Assembly (NCBI RefSeq): GCF_022985615.1
Contig: NZ_CP094965.1
Location: forward strand, 90,001 to 122,000
DNA length: 32,000 bases
Origin: Candidatus Karelsulcia muelleri
GTDB taxonomy: Bacteria > Bacteroidota > Bacteroidia > Flavobacteriales > Blattabacteriaceae
Direction: 5' to 3'
Positions 18,556 through 28,506 of the stretch are shown in pieces. The notes under the pieces are model-generated. The model saw only the letters and a program-made list of their open reading frames with translations, had not been told where the DNA came from and did not search any database. The translations under genes were made by a program, and so were the position numbers. The number at the start of each line of letters is the position of its first letter. Position 1 is the stretch's first letter.

Positions 18556-18693
18556 TAAGAGAAGATACCTTAAGAGTTGATGATGAGATAGTATCATAGA
18601 TATAGAAGATCATAGTTGATAGTTAAAGATAAGATATCATAGAAGAGAATTGAGTATACTTATTGGCAGAAGATTTCAAATTCTTTTTGTTTA

Positions 18694-19152
18694 TCATAAG
18701 ATCTCATTAGGATTGAGCTTTTTGTGGAGTTTAAATCTTTTTTGGCTAAAAGGTTCTCTCTGATCGGATTTATTTTTACTTTTGGCTAAATGTATTACTA
18801 ATTTTATTAATCCTTTTTTATTAAGAAAAATCTTTTCAGGGATAATGTTTAACGAAAATTTTTTAACAGCTTCTGAAATTTTTATAATTTCTTTTTTTTT
18901 TAAAAGAAGTAAAATTTTACGATCTGTGGAATTTTTATTTTGATTATTATAACTTGACAGTTGCTTGATATAGAAATTGAAAAGAAAAATTTCTTTTTTT
19001 AAGACTTTGCAAAAGCTATTATTTAAATTAGCATTATTATTTTTAATAGATTTTACTTCGTGTCCTAATAATTTTAATCCGGCTATATATTTTTCGAGAA
19101 ATATAAAATTATATAAAGCCTTTTTATTTTTTAGATTAACATTTCTGAACAT
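18694..19152 (-). CDS. smpB: SsrA (tmRNA)-binding protein
   Basis: 'NKKALYNFIFLEKYIAGLKLLGHEVKSIKNNNANLNNSFCKV', 'TDRKILLLLKKKEIIKISEAVKKFSLNIIPEKIFLNKKGLIKLVIHLAKSKN'. Confidence 0.9.
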   Translation of the reverse strand: MFRNVNLKNKKALYNFIFLEKYIAGLKLLGHEVKSIKNNNANLNNSFCKVLKKEIFLFNFYIKQLSSYNNQNKNSTDRKILLLLKKKEIIKISEAVKKFSLNIIPEKIFLNKKGLIKLVIHLAKSKNKSDQREPFSQKRFKLHKKLNPNEIL

Positions 19153-19259
19153 TTTATATTTCTATTTCTTTTTTTCTGAACATTTTATATTTCTATTTCT
19201 TTTTTTTAAAAAAAAAGGTATATATATATTATATACTCCCTGAGTTAAAATTCATAATT

Positions 19260-19670
19260 ATGGAGATAATTGGGACAGTAAAAAAAATCTTAGACTTGCA
19301 GGTCTATAAAAACAATTTTAAAAAAAGAGAACTTCTTATCAAAACTGAAGAACAATATCCTCAAATTTTAATAATAGAATTTATTCTTGATAAAACTAAA
19401 TTATTAAATTCATTGAAAAAAGATGACAAAATAAAGATATTTATTAATTTAAAAGGAAAAAAATGGACTACTAAAACAGGTGAAACAAGATTTTTCAATT
19501 CGATTCAAGGCTGGAAAATAGAAAACATTACAGAAAAGAAAAAAAAAGAAAAAAAAGAAAAAAAAGAAAAAAAAGAAAAAAAAGAAAAAAAAGAAAAAGA
19601 AGAAAAAAAAGAAAAAAAAGAAAAAGAAGAAAAAAAAGAAAAGAATGAATTTGATGAATTACCTTTTTAG
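19260..19670 (+). CDS. DUF3127-like (ssb-like OB-fold) protein with Lys/Glu-rich linker
   Basis: 'MEIIGTVKKILDLQVYKNNFKKRELLIKTEEQYPQILIIEFILDKTKLLNSLKKDDKIKIFINLKGKKWTTKTGETRFFNSIQGWKIE' resembles Bacteroidota DUF3127; ends 'NEFDELPF'. Confidence 0.7.
   Translation: MEIIGTVKKILDLQVYKNNFKKRELLIKTEEQYPQILIIEFILDKTKLLNSLKKDDKIKIFINLKGKKWTTKTGETRFFNSIQGWKIENITEKKKKEKKEKKEKKEKKEKKEKEEKKEKKEKEEKKEKNEFDELPF
19532..19643. repeat. GAAAAAAAA 9-bp microsatellite within the coding region
   Basis: Repeated gaaaaaaaa/gaaaaagaa units encoding (KKE)n. Confidence 0.93.
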
Positions 19671-19690
19671 GTAACCTAATTACCTTTTTA

Positions 19691-20166
19691 GGTACCTTAG
19701 GTACCAAGGTACCTTTTACCAAGGTACCTTTTACCAAGGTACCAAGGTACCAAGGTACTACCAAGGTACTACCAAGGTACTACCAAGGTACTAACTACCA
19801 AGGTACTACCAAGGTACTACCAAGGTACTACCAAGGTACTAACTACCAAGGTACTAACTACCAAGGTACTAACTACCAAGGTACTACCAAGGTACTACCT
19901 ACCAAGGTACTACCAAGGTACCTTTTACCAAGGTACTACCAAGGTACTACCAAGGTACCTTTTAAGGTAGGTACCAAGGTACCTTTTAAGGTAGGTACCA
20001 AGGTACCTTTTAAGGTAGGTACCAAGGTACCTTTTAAGGTAGGTACCAAGGTACCTTTTAAGGTAGGTACCAAGGTACCTTTTAAGGTAGGTACCAAGGT
20101 ACCTTTTAAGGTAGGTACCTTTTAAGGTAGGTACCAAGGTACCTTTTAAGGTAGGTACCTTTTATC
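19691..20166. repeat. GGTACC/GGTACT-dense repeat region including a 24-bp array x7
   Basis: ggtaccttttaaggtaggtaccaa starts at 19954, 19978, 20002, 20026, 20050, 20074 and 20098; upstream part is aaggtactacc / aaggtactaactacc modules. Confidence 0.96.
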
Positions 20167-20232
20167 TATCTTTGATAAGTTATCTATCTTTGATAAGGTG
20201 CGTTATGTTTTTGCTTTTACATGTTTTTGCTT

Positions 20233-21882
<1,650 letters not shown>

Positions 21883-21899
21883 TTAATTGATTATTGCTT

Positions 21900-22172
21900 T
21901 TAATTGATTATTGCTAATATATCAGTTTGATGGAGAATTAAGTATTTTTTTTGCTTATAATTAATTTTAGTACCTGAATATTTTTTAAATAATACTTTTT
22001 CTCCAACTTTTTTTAGTAGAGGGTTTTTTACCTCATTTCCTACTGCTAAAATAATTCCTTCTTGGGGATTTTCTTTAGCGTTTTCTGGGATAATTATTCC
22101 TGATTTTGTTTTATTTTCTGCTTTTAATGGTTTAATTAATATTCTTTCTGAAATAGGTATTATATTTTCCAT
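21900..22172 (-). CDS. groS: Co-chaperonin GroES
   Basis: 'ISERILIKPLKAENKTKSGIIIPENAKENPQEGIILAVG...GEKVLFKKYSGT'. Confidence 0.93.
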   Translation of the reverse strand: MENIIPISERILIKPLKAENKTKSGIIIPENAKENPQEGIILAVGNEVKNPLLKKVGEKVLFKKYSGTKINYKQKKYLILHQTDILAIIN

Positions 22173-22303
22173 TTTCCTAAATTATAGATTTAATTATTCT
22201 AAATTCTAGATTTTTTTTAATTATTATAATAATAATATTAGAAAACTATTTGTTTAAATAATTTAATTTAATTAATTATTAGTAATTAATAATTATAATT
22301 ATT

Positions 22304-23614
22304 TTATGGTATAATTTCTCCTATTAGTGTGGTAAAAGTAGAATTTATAATTTTTACTTTTTTATAAGAACCAATCTTACTTTTATTTTTAGGAAAAACT
22401 ATAATATCATTATTAGAATTTCTCCCATAATAATATTTTTCATCCTTTTTTGATATTCCTTCTATCAAAACTTCTTGTATTTTACCAATATTTTGTTTTA
22501 ATCGGTAAAAGGAATGCGATTTTTGAAGCATGATAATTTCATTTAATCTGCTTATTTTTAAACTATTTGGGACATTATCTTTTAATTTTCTATATGCATA
22601 AGTCCCTTGTCGAGAAGAATATTTAAACATAAATGAAAAATTAAATTTTATTAGATTCATAATTCTTATCGTCTCTCTGTGATCTGCTTGAGTTTCAGTG
22701 CAAAATCCTGTCATTATATCACTAGAAATTGAACAATCAGGAAGAATTTTTTTTATCCTTTTAATAATTAATAAAAATTCTTCAACTGTATATTTTCTCC
22801 TCATTAACGATAAAATTCTTGTACTACCTGATTGTAGTGGAAGATGAAAATGCTTACATATATTGGAATACTTCTTAACAACTTTTAAAAGATTTTTTGT
22901 GATATTAGAAGGATAAGATGTTAAGAAACGAATTCTCATTAACGGAACTGTTTTGGCTATTAATTCTAAGAGTTGGAAAAATTTCATTTTTTTCCAAAAA
23001 TACGCATCTACATTTTGTCCTAAAAGTATTATTTCTTTATAACCTTTTTTATAGAGTAGTTTGCATTCTTTTAATATACTGTTAGGATTTCTGCTTTTTT
23101 CTCTACCTCTTGAATAAGGTACTATGCAAAAAGTACACATCTTATCACATCCTCTAATAATCGAGAGAAAAGCTGATATTCCATTTCTTCCTCTATTAGG
23201 AATTATCTTTGTATATCTTTCTTTATTTGCTAAGCTTACATCAATTTCTTTGTTGTTATTTTTTAATTTGTTAATCATTTCTGGAAGCTTTTTATAAGAA
23301 TCTGGACCAACTATTAAATCTATAAACTTGAATTTTTCAAATAGTTTTTTTTTATAATGTGTCGCTAAACAACCTACTATTCCAAGTTTTAGTTTTTTAT
23401 TTGTTTTTTTAAAACATTTTATTTTAAGAAAACGATTAAATATTTTTTTTTCTGGTTTTTCACGTATTGAACAGGTATTTAATAATATTATATCAGCCTT
23501 TTTTAAATTAGAGGTTTTAATAAAACCTGATTTTAACAGAATTGAACATATTATTTCACTATCATATATATTCATTTGACAGCCATAAGTTTCTATATAG
23601 AATTTCATAGTCAA
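22304..23614 (-). CDS. miaB: tRNA-2-methylthio-N6-dimethylallyladenosine synthase (start could be the second Met)
   Basis: 'FYIETYGCQMNIYDSEI', radical-SAM 'IIRGCDKMCTFCIVPYSRGREKSR', 'DIMTGFCTET'. Confidence 0.93.
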   Translation of the reverse strand: MTMKFYIETYGCQMNIYDSEIICSILLKSGFIKTSNLKKADIILLNTCSIREKPEKKIFNRFLKIKCFKKTNKKLKLGIVGCLATHYKKKLFEKFKFIDLIVGPDSYKKLPEMINKLKNNNKEIDVSLANKERYTKIIPNRGRNGISAFLSIIRGCDKMCTFCIVPYSRGREKSRNPNSILKECKLLYKKGYKEIILLGQNVDAYFWKKMKFFQLLELIAKTVPLMRIRFLTSYPSNITKNLLKVVKKYSNICKHFHLPLQSGSTRILSLMRRKYTVEEFLLIIKRIKKILPDCSISSDIMTGFCTETQADHRETIRIMNLIKFNFSFMFKYSSRQGTYAYRKLKDNVPNSLKISRLNEIIMLQKSHSFYRLKQNIGKIQEVLIEGISKKDEKYYYGRNSNNDIIVFPKNKSKIGSYKKVKIINSTFTTLIGEIIP

Positions 23615-23658
23615 GGAAATCGGTTATGTATTATTAATATAATTTCTTAGAAATAAAA

Positions 23659-25104
23659 TTGAATAAAAAAAATAAAAATCTTTTATCTCATTCTAAATAT
23701 AAATATGGATTCAATTATAAAATTGAATCTGATAAGATTTCCAAAGGACTTAACAAAAATATTATTTTGGAAATATCAAAAAAAAAGAAAGAACCTAAGT
23801 GGTTATTAAATTTTAGATTAAGAGCTTTTAAATTATTAAAAAAAATGTCTCTTCCTAAATGGGGAAATGTAAAATATAAAAAAATTGATTTACAGAATTT
23901 AAGATATTATTCAGCTCCAAAAAATTATAAAAAGAATAAAATGGATCCTGAATTAAGAAAAACTTTAAAGAAATTAAAACTTCCCATAAGTCTTAAAAAT
24001 AAGACTCAGACTCAGAAATATCAGCTTTACAAAAAAATTATTGAAATAATAATTGATTCTGTTTCTGTAACTACTTATTTTAAAAAATTATTATTTGAAA
24101 AAGGTATAATATTTTGTTCTATAAGTAAAGCAATAAGATACTATCCTAAATTAGTTAAAAAATATCTTAGTAAAGCAATTCCGATAAATGATAATTTTTT
24201 TTCTACTTTAAATTCTTCAGTTTTTTCTGATGGCTCTTTTTGTTATATTCCCAAAAATATACGATGTCCGGTTGAGTTATCTACTTATTTTAGAATTAAT
24301 GAATCAGGTACAGGACAGTTTGAAAGAACTCTTTTAATAGCAGATAAAAATTCATATGTAAGTTATTTAGAAGGGTGTACAGCTCCACAAAGAAAAGAAA
24401 ATCAATTACATGCTGCAGTTGTTGAATTAATTGCTAGAGATAGTGCTGAAATTAAATATTCTACTGTTCAGAATTGGTTTCCTGGGAATAAAAAAGGATT
24501 TGGGGGAATATTTAATTTTGTTACCAAAAGAGGTATATGTGAAAATAAATCAAAAATTTCATGGACTCAAATCGAAACTGGCTCTGCTATCACTTGGAAA
24601 TATCCATCCTGTATTTTACAAGGAAAAAATTCAAAAGGAAATTTTTTTTCAATAGCAATTACAAAAAATTATCAACAATCTGATACTGGTACTAAAATGA
24701 TTCATATTGGAGAAAATTCAAAAAGTATTATAATTTCTAAAGCTATTTCTACTGGAAATTCTAAAACCACTTATAGGGGATTAGTTAATGTTTTAAAAGA
24801 GGCTTTAAATTCTAGAAATTATACTCAATGTGATTCTTTATTATTTGGTACTCAATGCAAAACTTTTACGATTCCAGATATTCAAGTAGAAAATTCTTCA
24901 TCTCAAGTTGAACATGAAGCTATAATTTCTTTGATTGAAAGCTCTCAAATATTTTATTGCAATCAACGTGGAATTATAAAGGAAAAAGCTTTACAGTTAA
25001 TAGTTAACGGATATAGCAGAGAAATAATTAATAAACTGCCTTTGGAATTTGCATTAGAGGCCAGAAAATTATTAGATTTAACTATAGAAAATTCTATTGG
25101 ATAA
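23659..25104 (+). CDS. sufB: Fe-S cluster assembly protein SufB
   Basis: 'SYLEGCTAPQRKENQLHAAVVELIA', 'SKGNFFSIAITKNYQQSDTGTKMIHIG', 'YRGLV'; followed by sufC, sufD and sufS. Confidence 0.95.
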   Translation: MNKKNKNLLSHSKYKYGFNYKIESDKISKGLNKNIILEISKKKKEPKWLLNFRLRAFKLLKKMSLPKWGNVKYKKIDLQNLRYYSAPKNYKKNKMDPELRKTLKKLKLPISLKNKTQTQKYQLYKKIIEIIIDSVSVTTYFKKLLFEKGIIFCSISKAIRYYPKLVKKYLSKAIPINDNFFSTLNSSVFSDGSFCYIPKNIRCPVELSTYFRINESGTGQFERTLLIADKNSYVSYLEGCTAPQRKENQLHAAVVELIARDSAEIKYSTVQNWFPGNKKGFGGIFNFVTKRGICENKSKISWTQIETGSAITWKYPSCILQGKNSKGNFFSIAITKNYQQSDTGTKMIHIGENSKSIIISKAISTGNSKTTYRGLVNVLKEALNSRNYTQCDSLLFGTQCKTFTIPDIQVENSSSQVEHEAIISLIESSQIFYCNQRGIIKEKALQLIVNGYSREIINKLPLEFALEARKLLDLTIENSIG

Positions 25105-25133
25105 TTTTTTAGAAAATAGAAACCATTTTTTTA

Positions 25134-25877
25134 ATGTTATTAAAAATTATCGATTTATCAGCTTCAATAAATAATAAAATAATATTAAATAATATTAATT
25201 TAAATATTAATTATAATGAAATTCATGTAATTATGGGGCCTAATGGCTCTGGAAAAAGTAGTTTGTCTTCTATTATAGCTGGTAAAAAAGAATTTTCGAT
25301 TATTAAAGGGCAAATTTTATTTGAAAAAAAAAATATAACTTACTTATCTCCTGAAGAAATTGCACAGCGAGGTATTTTTTTATCTTTTCAATATCCTATA
25401 GAAATCCCAGGAATATCAATTATAAATTTTATTAAATATTCAATCAATGAAATTAGAAAAAGTAAAAATTTTAAAGAAATTTCTTCTAAAGATTTTCTTA
25501 AAAAAGTTTACAAAGTTTCTAAAATTATTGGTTTTAATAAAACTTTTTTATCACGATATATGAATTTTGGATTTTCTGGAGGGGAAAAAAAGCGTTGTGA
25601 AATTTTTCAAATGGGAATGATAGAACCTAAATTTGCAATTTTAGACGAAATTGATTCTGGGTTAGATTTGGATGCTCTTAAAATTATTGCTAATGGGATT
25701 TTGAGATTAAAGAAGAAAAAATCATCAATTTTAATTATTACTCATTATAATCGAATTTTAAAATTTATAAAACCAGATAAAATACATATTTTATATAAAG
25801 GCCAGATTATTAAATCTGGTTCTAAAAATTTAGCTCTAAAAATAGAAAAATATGGTTATGAAGGTTTAAAGAAATGA
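25134..25877 (+). CDS. sufC: Fe-S cluster assembly ATPase SufC
   Basis: Walker A 'GPNGSGKSS', signature 'FSGGEKKRCEIFQM', Walker B 'FAILDEIDSGLD'. Confidence 0.95.
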   Translation: MLLKIIDLSASINNKIILNNINLNINYNEIHVIMGPNGSGKSSLSSIIAGKKEFSIIKGQILFEKKNITYLSPEEIAQRGIFLSFQYPIEIPGISIINFIKYSINEIRKSKNFKEISSKDFLKKVYKVSKIIGFNKTFLSRYMNFGFSGGEKKRCEIFQMGMIEPKFAILDEIDSGLDLDALKIIANGILRLKKKKSSILIITHYNRILKFIKPDKIHILYKGQIIKSGSKNLALKIEKYGYEGLKK

Positions 25878-27202
25878 CTTTAAAGGAAAAAATTTGGTTT
25901 TTCTTAAAAAACTTAAAAAACAAAAGCCCTAATAAATATATTGAAAGTCTTATTAATAAGTCAATTGGTTTTTTTTATAAAATCGGTTTTACCGAATTAA
26001 AGAAAACTTGTTTTAAGTCTGTTTTAAATTACGACTTTGATCTCCCCAATGGAAATAACGATATAGAATATTCTATTTTAAAAAAATTATCATTTAATAA
26101 TAAATTTATTTCACTTTATTTTATAAATGGGTTTTTTAAATCCAGCTTATCTAATTTATGGAAATTAAAAAAATATATTAAATTTTCTTCCTTAAAGAAT
26201 TGTTTATTCCACAAACTACCAACAATTCTACCAACAATTACTAAATATTTTTGTAATACTCTTTTTTCTAAAGATCATTTTTTTTTTCATAACTCTTTCA
26301 TTGCTATAAATATTTCTTTAACAACTGATGGAATATTTATAAAAATTCCAAAAAATACTAATTTAAAGATTCCAATAGAAATAATAAATATTTATTACCC
26401 TAAAAAATCTAGTATAATTAATTTGAAGAATATTATTGTAGTTGGAAAAAATTCTAAGTTAAAAATTATTGAAAGACATATTTCAACAAGCAAAACAACA
26501 AGCAAAAAAAGCAAAAATTACATTTTTAGCAATGTTTTTACAGAAATTTTTTCAAAAGATCAAAGCCAGGTAGAAGTTTTTAAGTTAGAAAATGATTTAC
26601 GAAAAACTTATTTAATAGATAATACTTTTATTAAGCAAAGTTCGAATAGTGTATGTAAAGTATTTACTTTTTCATCAAATATAAGAAATATTATTAATAA
26701 TATTAATTGTTTGAAAGTTGGAACAGATACTCAATCATTTTTTAATGGCCTTTCTTTTTTTAAGAAAAGTAATAACATAAGTAAAATATATAATAAGATC
26801 TTTATTAAACATTTATTTTCTAATTCTGTGAGTTACCAAAATTATAAAGGTATTTTTAGCAAAAATTCTTATGGAATTTTTAAAAGTAAAATTAAAATTA
26901 ATGAGAATTTATATAATATTAAGTCCAAACAAATAAATAGCAATTTATTATTATCTAATTCTTCTAAAGTTTTCTCTCGACCAGAATTTAAAACTGCATC
27001 AAGTAAAGTAAAATGTTCACATGGTACAAATATAGGAAAACTCGATAAAAAAACTATATTTTTTTTTCGTACTAGAGGAATAGAAAAAAAACAATCTATA
27101 AAATTGGCTATTTTAATTTTTGCAAACGAGCTAATCAAATTAGTAAATTTAAATATTTTAAAAACTCAAATTAGAAATTACTTGAAAAAGAATATTAATT
27201 AG
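25874..27202 (+). CDS. sufD: Fe-S cluster assembly protein SufD
   Basis: Between sufC and sufS; 'NSNLLLSNSSKVFSRPEFKTASSKVKCSHGTNIGKLDKKTIFFFRTRGIEKKQS' matches the SufB/D C-terminal motif. Confidence 0.9.
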   Translation: MTLKEKIWFFLKNLKNKSPNKYIESLINKSIGFFYKIGFTELKKTCFKSVLNYDFDLPNGNNDIEYSILKKLSFNNKFISLYFINGFFKSSLSNLWKLKKYIKFSSLKNCLFHKLPTILPTITKYFCNTLFSKDHFFFHNSFIAINISLTTDGIFIKIPKNTNLKIPIEIINIYYPKKSSIINLKNIIVVGKNSKLKIIERHISTSKTTSKKSKNYIFSNVFTEIFSKDQSQVEVFKLENDLRKTYLIDNTFIKQSSNSVCKVFTFSSNIRNIINNINCLKVGTDTQSFFNGLSFFKKSNNISKIYNKIFIKHLFSNSVSYQNYKGIFSKNSYGIFKSKIKINENLYNIKSKQINSNLLLSNSSKVFSRPEFKTASSKVKCSHGTNIGKLDKKTIFFFRTRGIEKKQSIKLAILIFANELIKLVNLNILKTQIRNYLKKNIN

Positions 27203-27220
27203 TTTTAAACTTTAATTTTA

Positions 27221-28429
27221 ATGTTTTCTTATGAAGAAATAAAAACAATTCGTAAGCAATTTACAATTTTTAAAAAAAAAAATATAATATATTTTGATAA
27301 TGCAGCAACTACTCAAAAACCTTTTAAAGTAATAAAGGCAATAAAAAAGTATTATTGTAATTTTAATTCTAATGTCAACCGAAGTTTTCATTTTTTAGGC
27401 CAATTTTCGAGTAATTGTTTAGAATTAAGTAGAAATAATGTTCAATCTTTTATTAATGCTAAATATAGAGAAGAAATAATATTCACTAGTGGAGCCACTG
27501 AAAGTATAAATTTAATAGCATTTTGTATTTATAAATTCATTAAAACTTCAGATAATATTATTATATCACATTCTGAACATCATTCAAATATAACTCCTTG
27601 GCAAGTTTTAAGCCAAAAGAAGAAGGCCAATTTAAAAGTAATTCCAGTTAATTCAGAAGGCGAATTAAATCTTAGAATTTTTAAGAAATTAATTACAAAA
27701 AAAACAAAATTGATTTCTATTAGTCATGTTACTAATACATTTGGAATTATTAATCCTATTAAAAGACTGATTAAAACTGCTCATAAGTATAATTCTTTAG
27801 TTTTAATTGATGGTTCACAAGCAATATCCCATATAACTATTGATGTGCAAAATTTAGATTGTGATTTTTATGTATTTTCCAGCCATAAAATGTATGGACC
27901 AACTGGTTTAGGGATTTTATATGGTAAAAAAAAAATCCTTGATAAGTTTCCTCCTTATAAATGTGGTGGGGGAATGATTGAAAAAGTAACTTTAAAAAAA
28001 ACTATATTTTATGGTCTTCCTTTTAAGCTAGAAGCTGGGACACCAAACATTGCTGGAATAATTGGAACTAATAAAGCTTTAAATTTTATTGTAAATTATT
28101 CTATTCGAAAAATAAATACTTATGAAACAAAACTACTTAAATATGCTATTAAAATTTTAAGTAATATAAAGGGAATTAAAATTTATTACAAGAATTCTAA
28201 GCTTACAAAGATTTTATCTTTTAATATAGAAAATATACATTCATTTGATTTGGGAAAATTATTAAATAATCATGGGATAGCTGTTAGAACTGGAAAACAT
28301 TGTGCTCAACCAATCATGAATTACTTAAAAATTAATGGAACTATTCGTATAAGTTTCGCAATATATAATACTATTGAAGAAATTGATATATTTTATAATT
28401 CTTTAATTAAATGTTTATATTTTTTTTAA
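27221..28429 (+). CDS. sufS: Cysteine desulfurase SufS
   Basis: 'IYFDNAATTQKP', 'VFSSHKMYGPTGLGILYGK' (PLP Lys), 'VRTGKHCAQP' (active-site Cys). Confidence 0.95.
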   Translation: MFSYEEIKTIRKQFTIFKKKNIIYFDNAATTQKPFKVIKAIKKYYCNFNSNVNRSFHFLGQFSSNCLELSRNNVQSFINAKYREEIIFTSGATESINLIAFCIYKFIKTSDNIIISHSEHHSNITPWQVLSQKKKANLKVIPVNSEGELNLRIFKKLITKKTKLISISHVTNTFGIINPIKRLIKTAHKYNSLVLIDGSQAISHITIDVQNLDCDFYVFSSHKMYGPTGLGILYGKKKILDKFPPYKCGGGMIEKVTLKKTIFYGLPFKLEAGTPNIAGIIGTNKALNFIVNYSIRKINTYETKLLKYAIKILSNIKGIKIYYKNSKLTKILSFNIENIHSFDLGKLLNNHGIAVRTGKHCAQPIMNYLKINGTIRISFAIYNTIEEIDIFYNSLIKCLYFF

Positions 28430-28506
28430 GACTACTTAATAATATTATATAATTATATATATTATATTATATAATATAATATAATATAATTATTTATTAA
28501 TTAAAA

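Noticed and set aside
19925-20137. ORF 'YLKRYLGTYLKRYLGT...' on minus strand
   Set aside because: 24-bp GGTACC array translated (8-aa period); not a genuine protein.
16693-20166. Mobile element or integron-like insertion explaining the repeat-rich interval
   Set aside because: No transposase/integrase coding, no terminal inverted repeats or target-site duplication recognised; several unrelated repeat families instead of one element.
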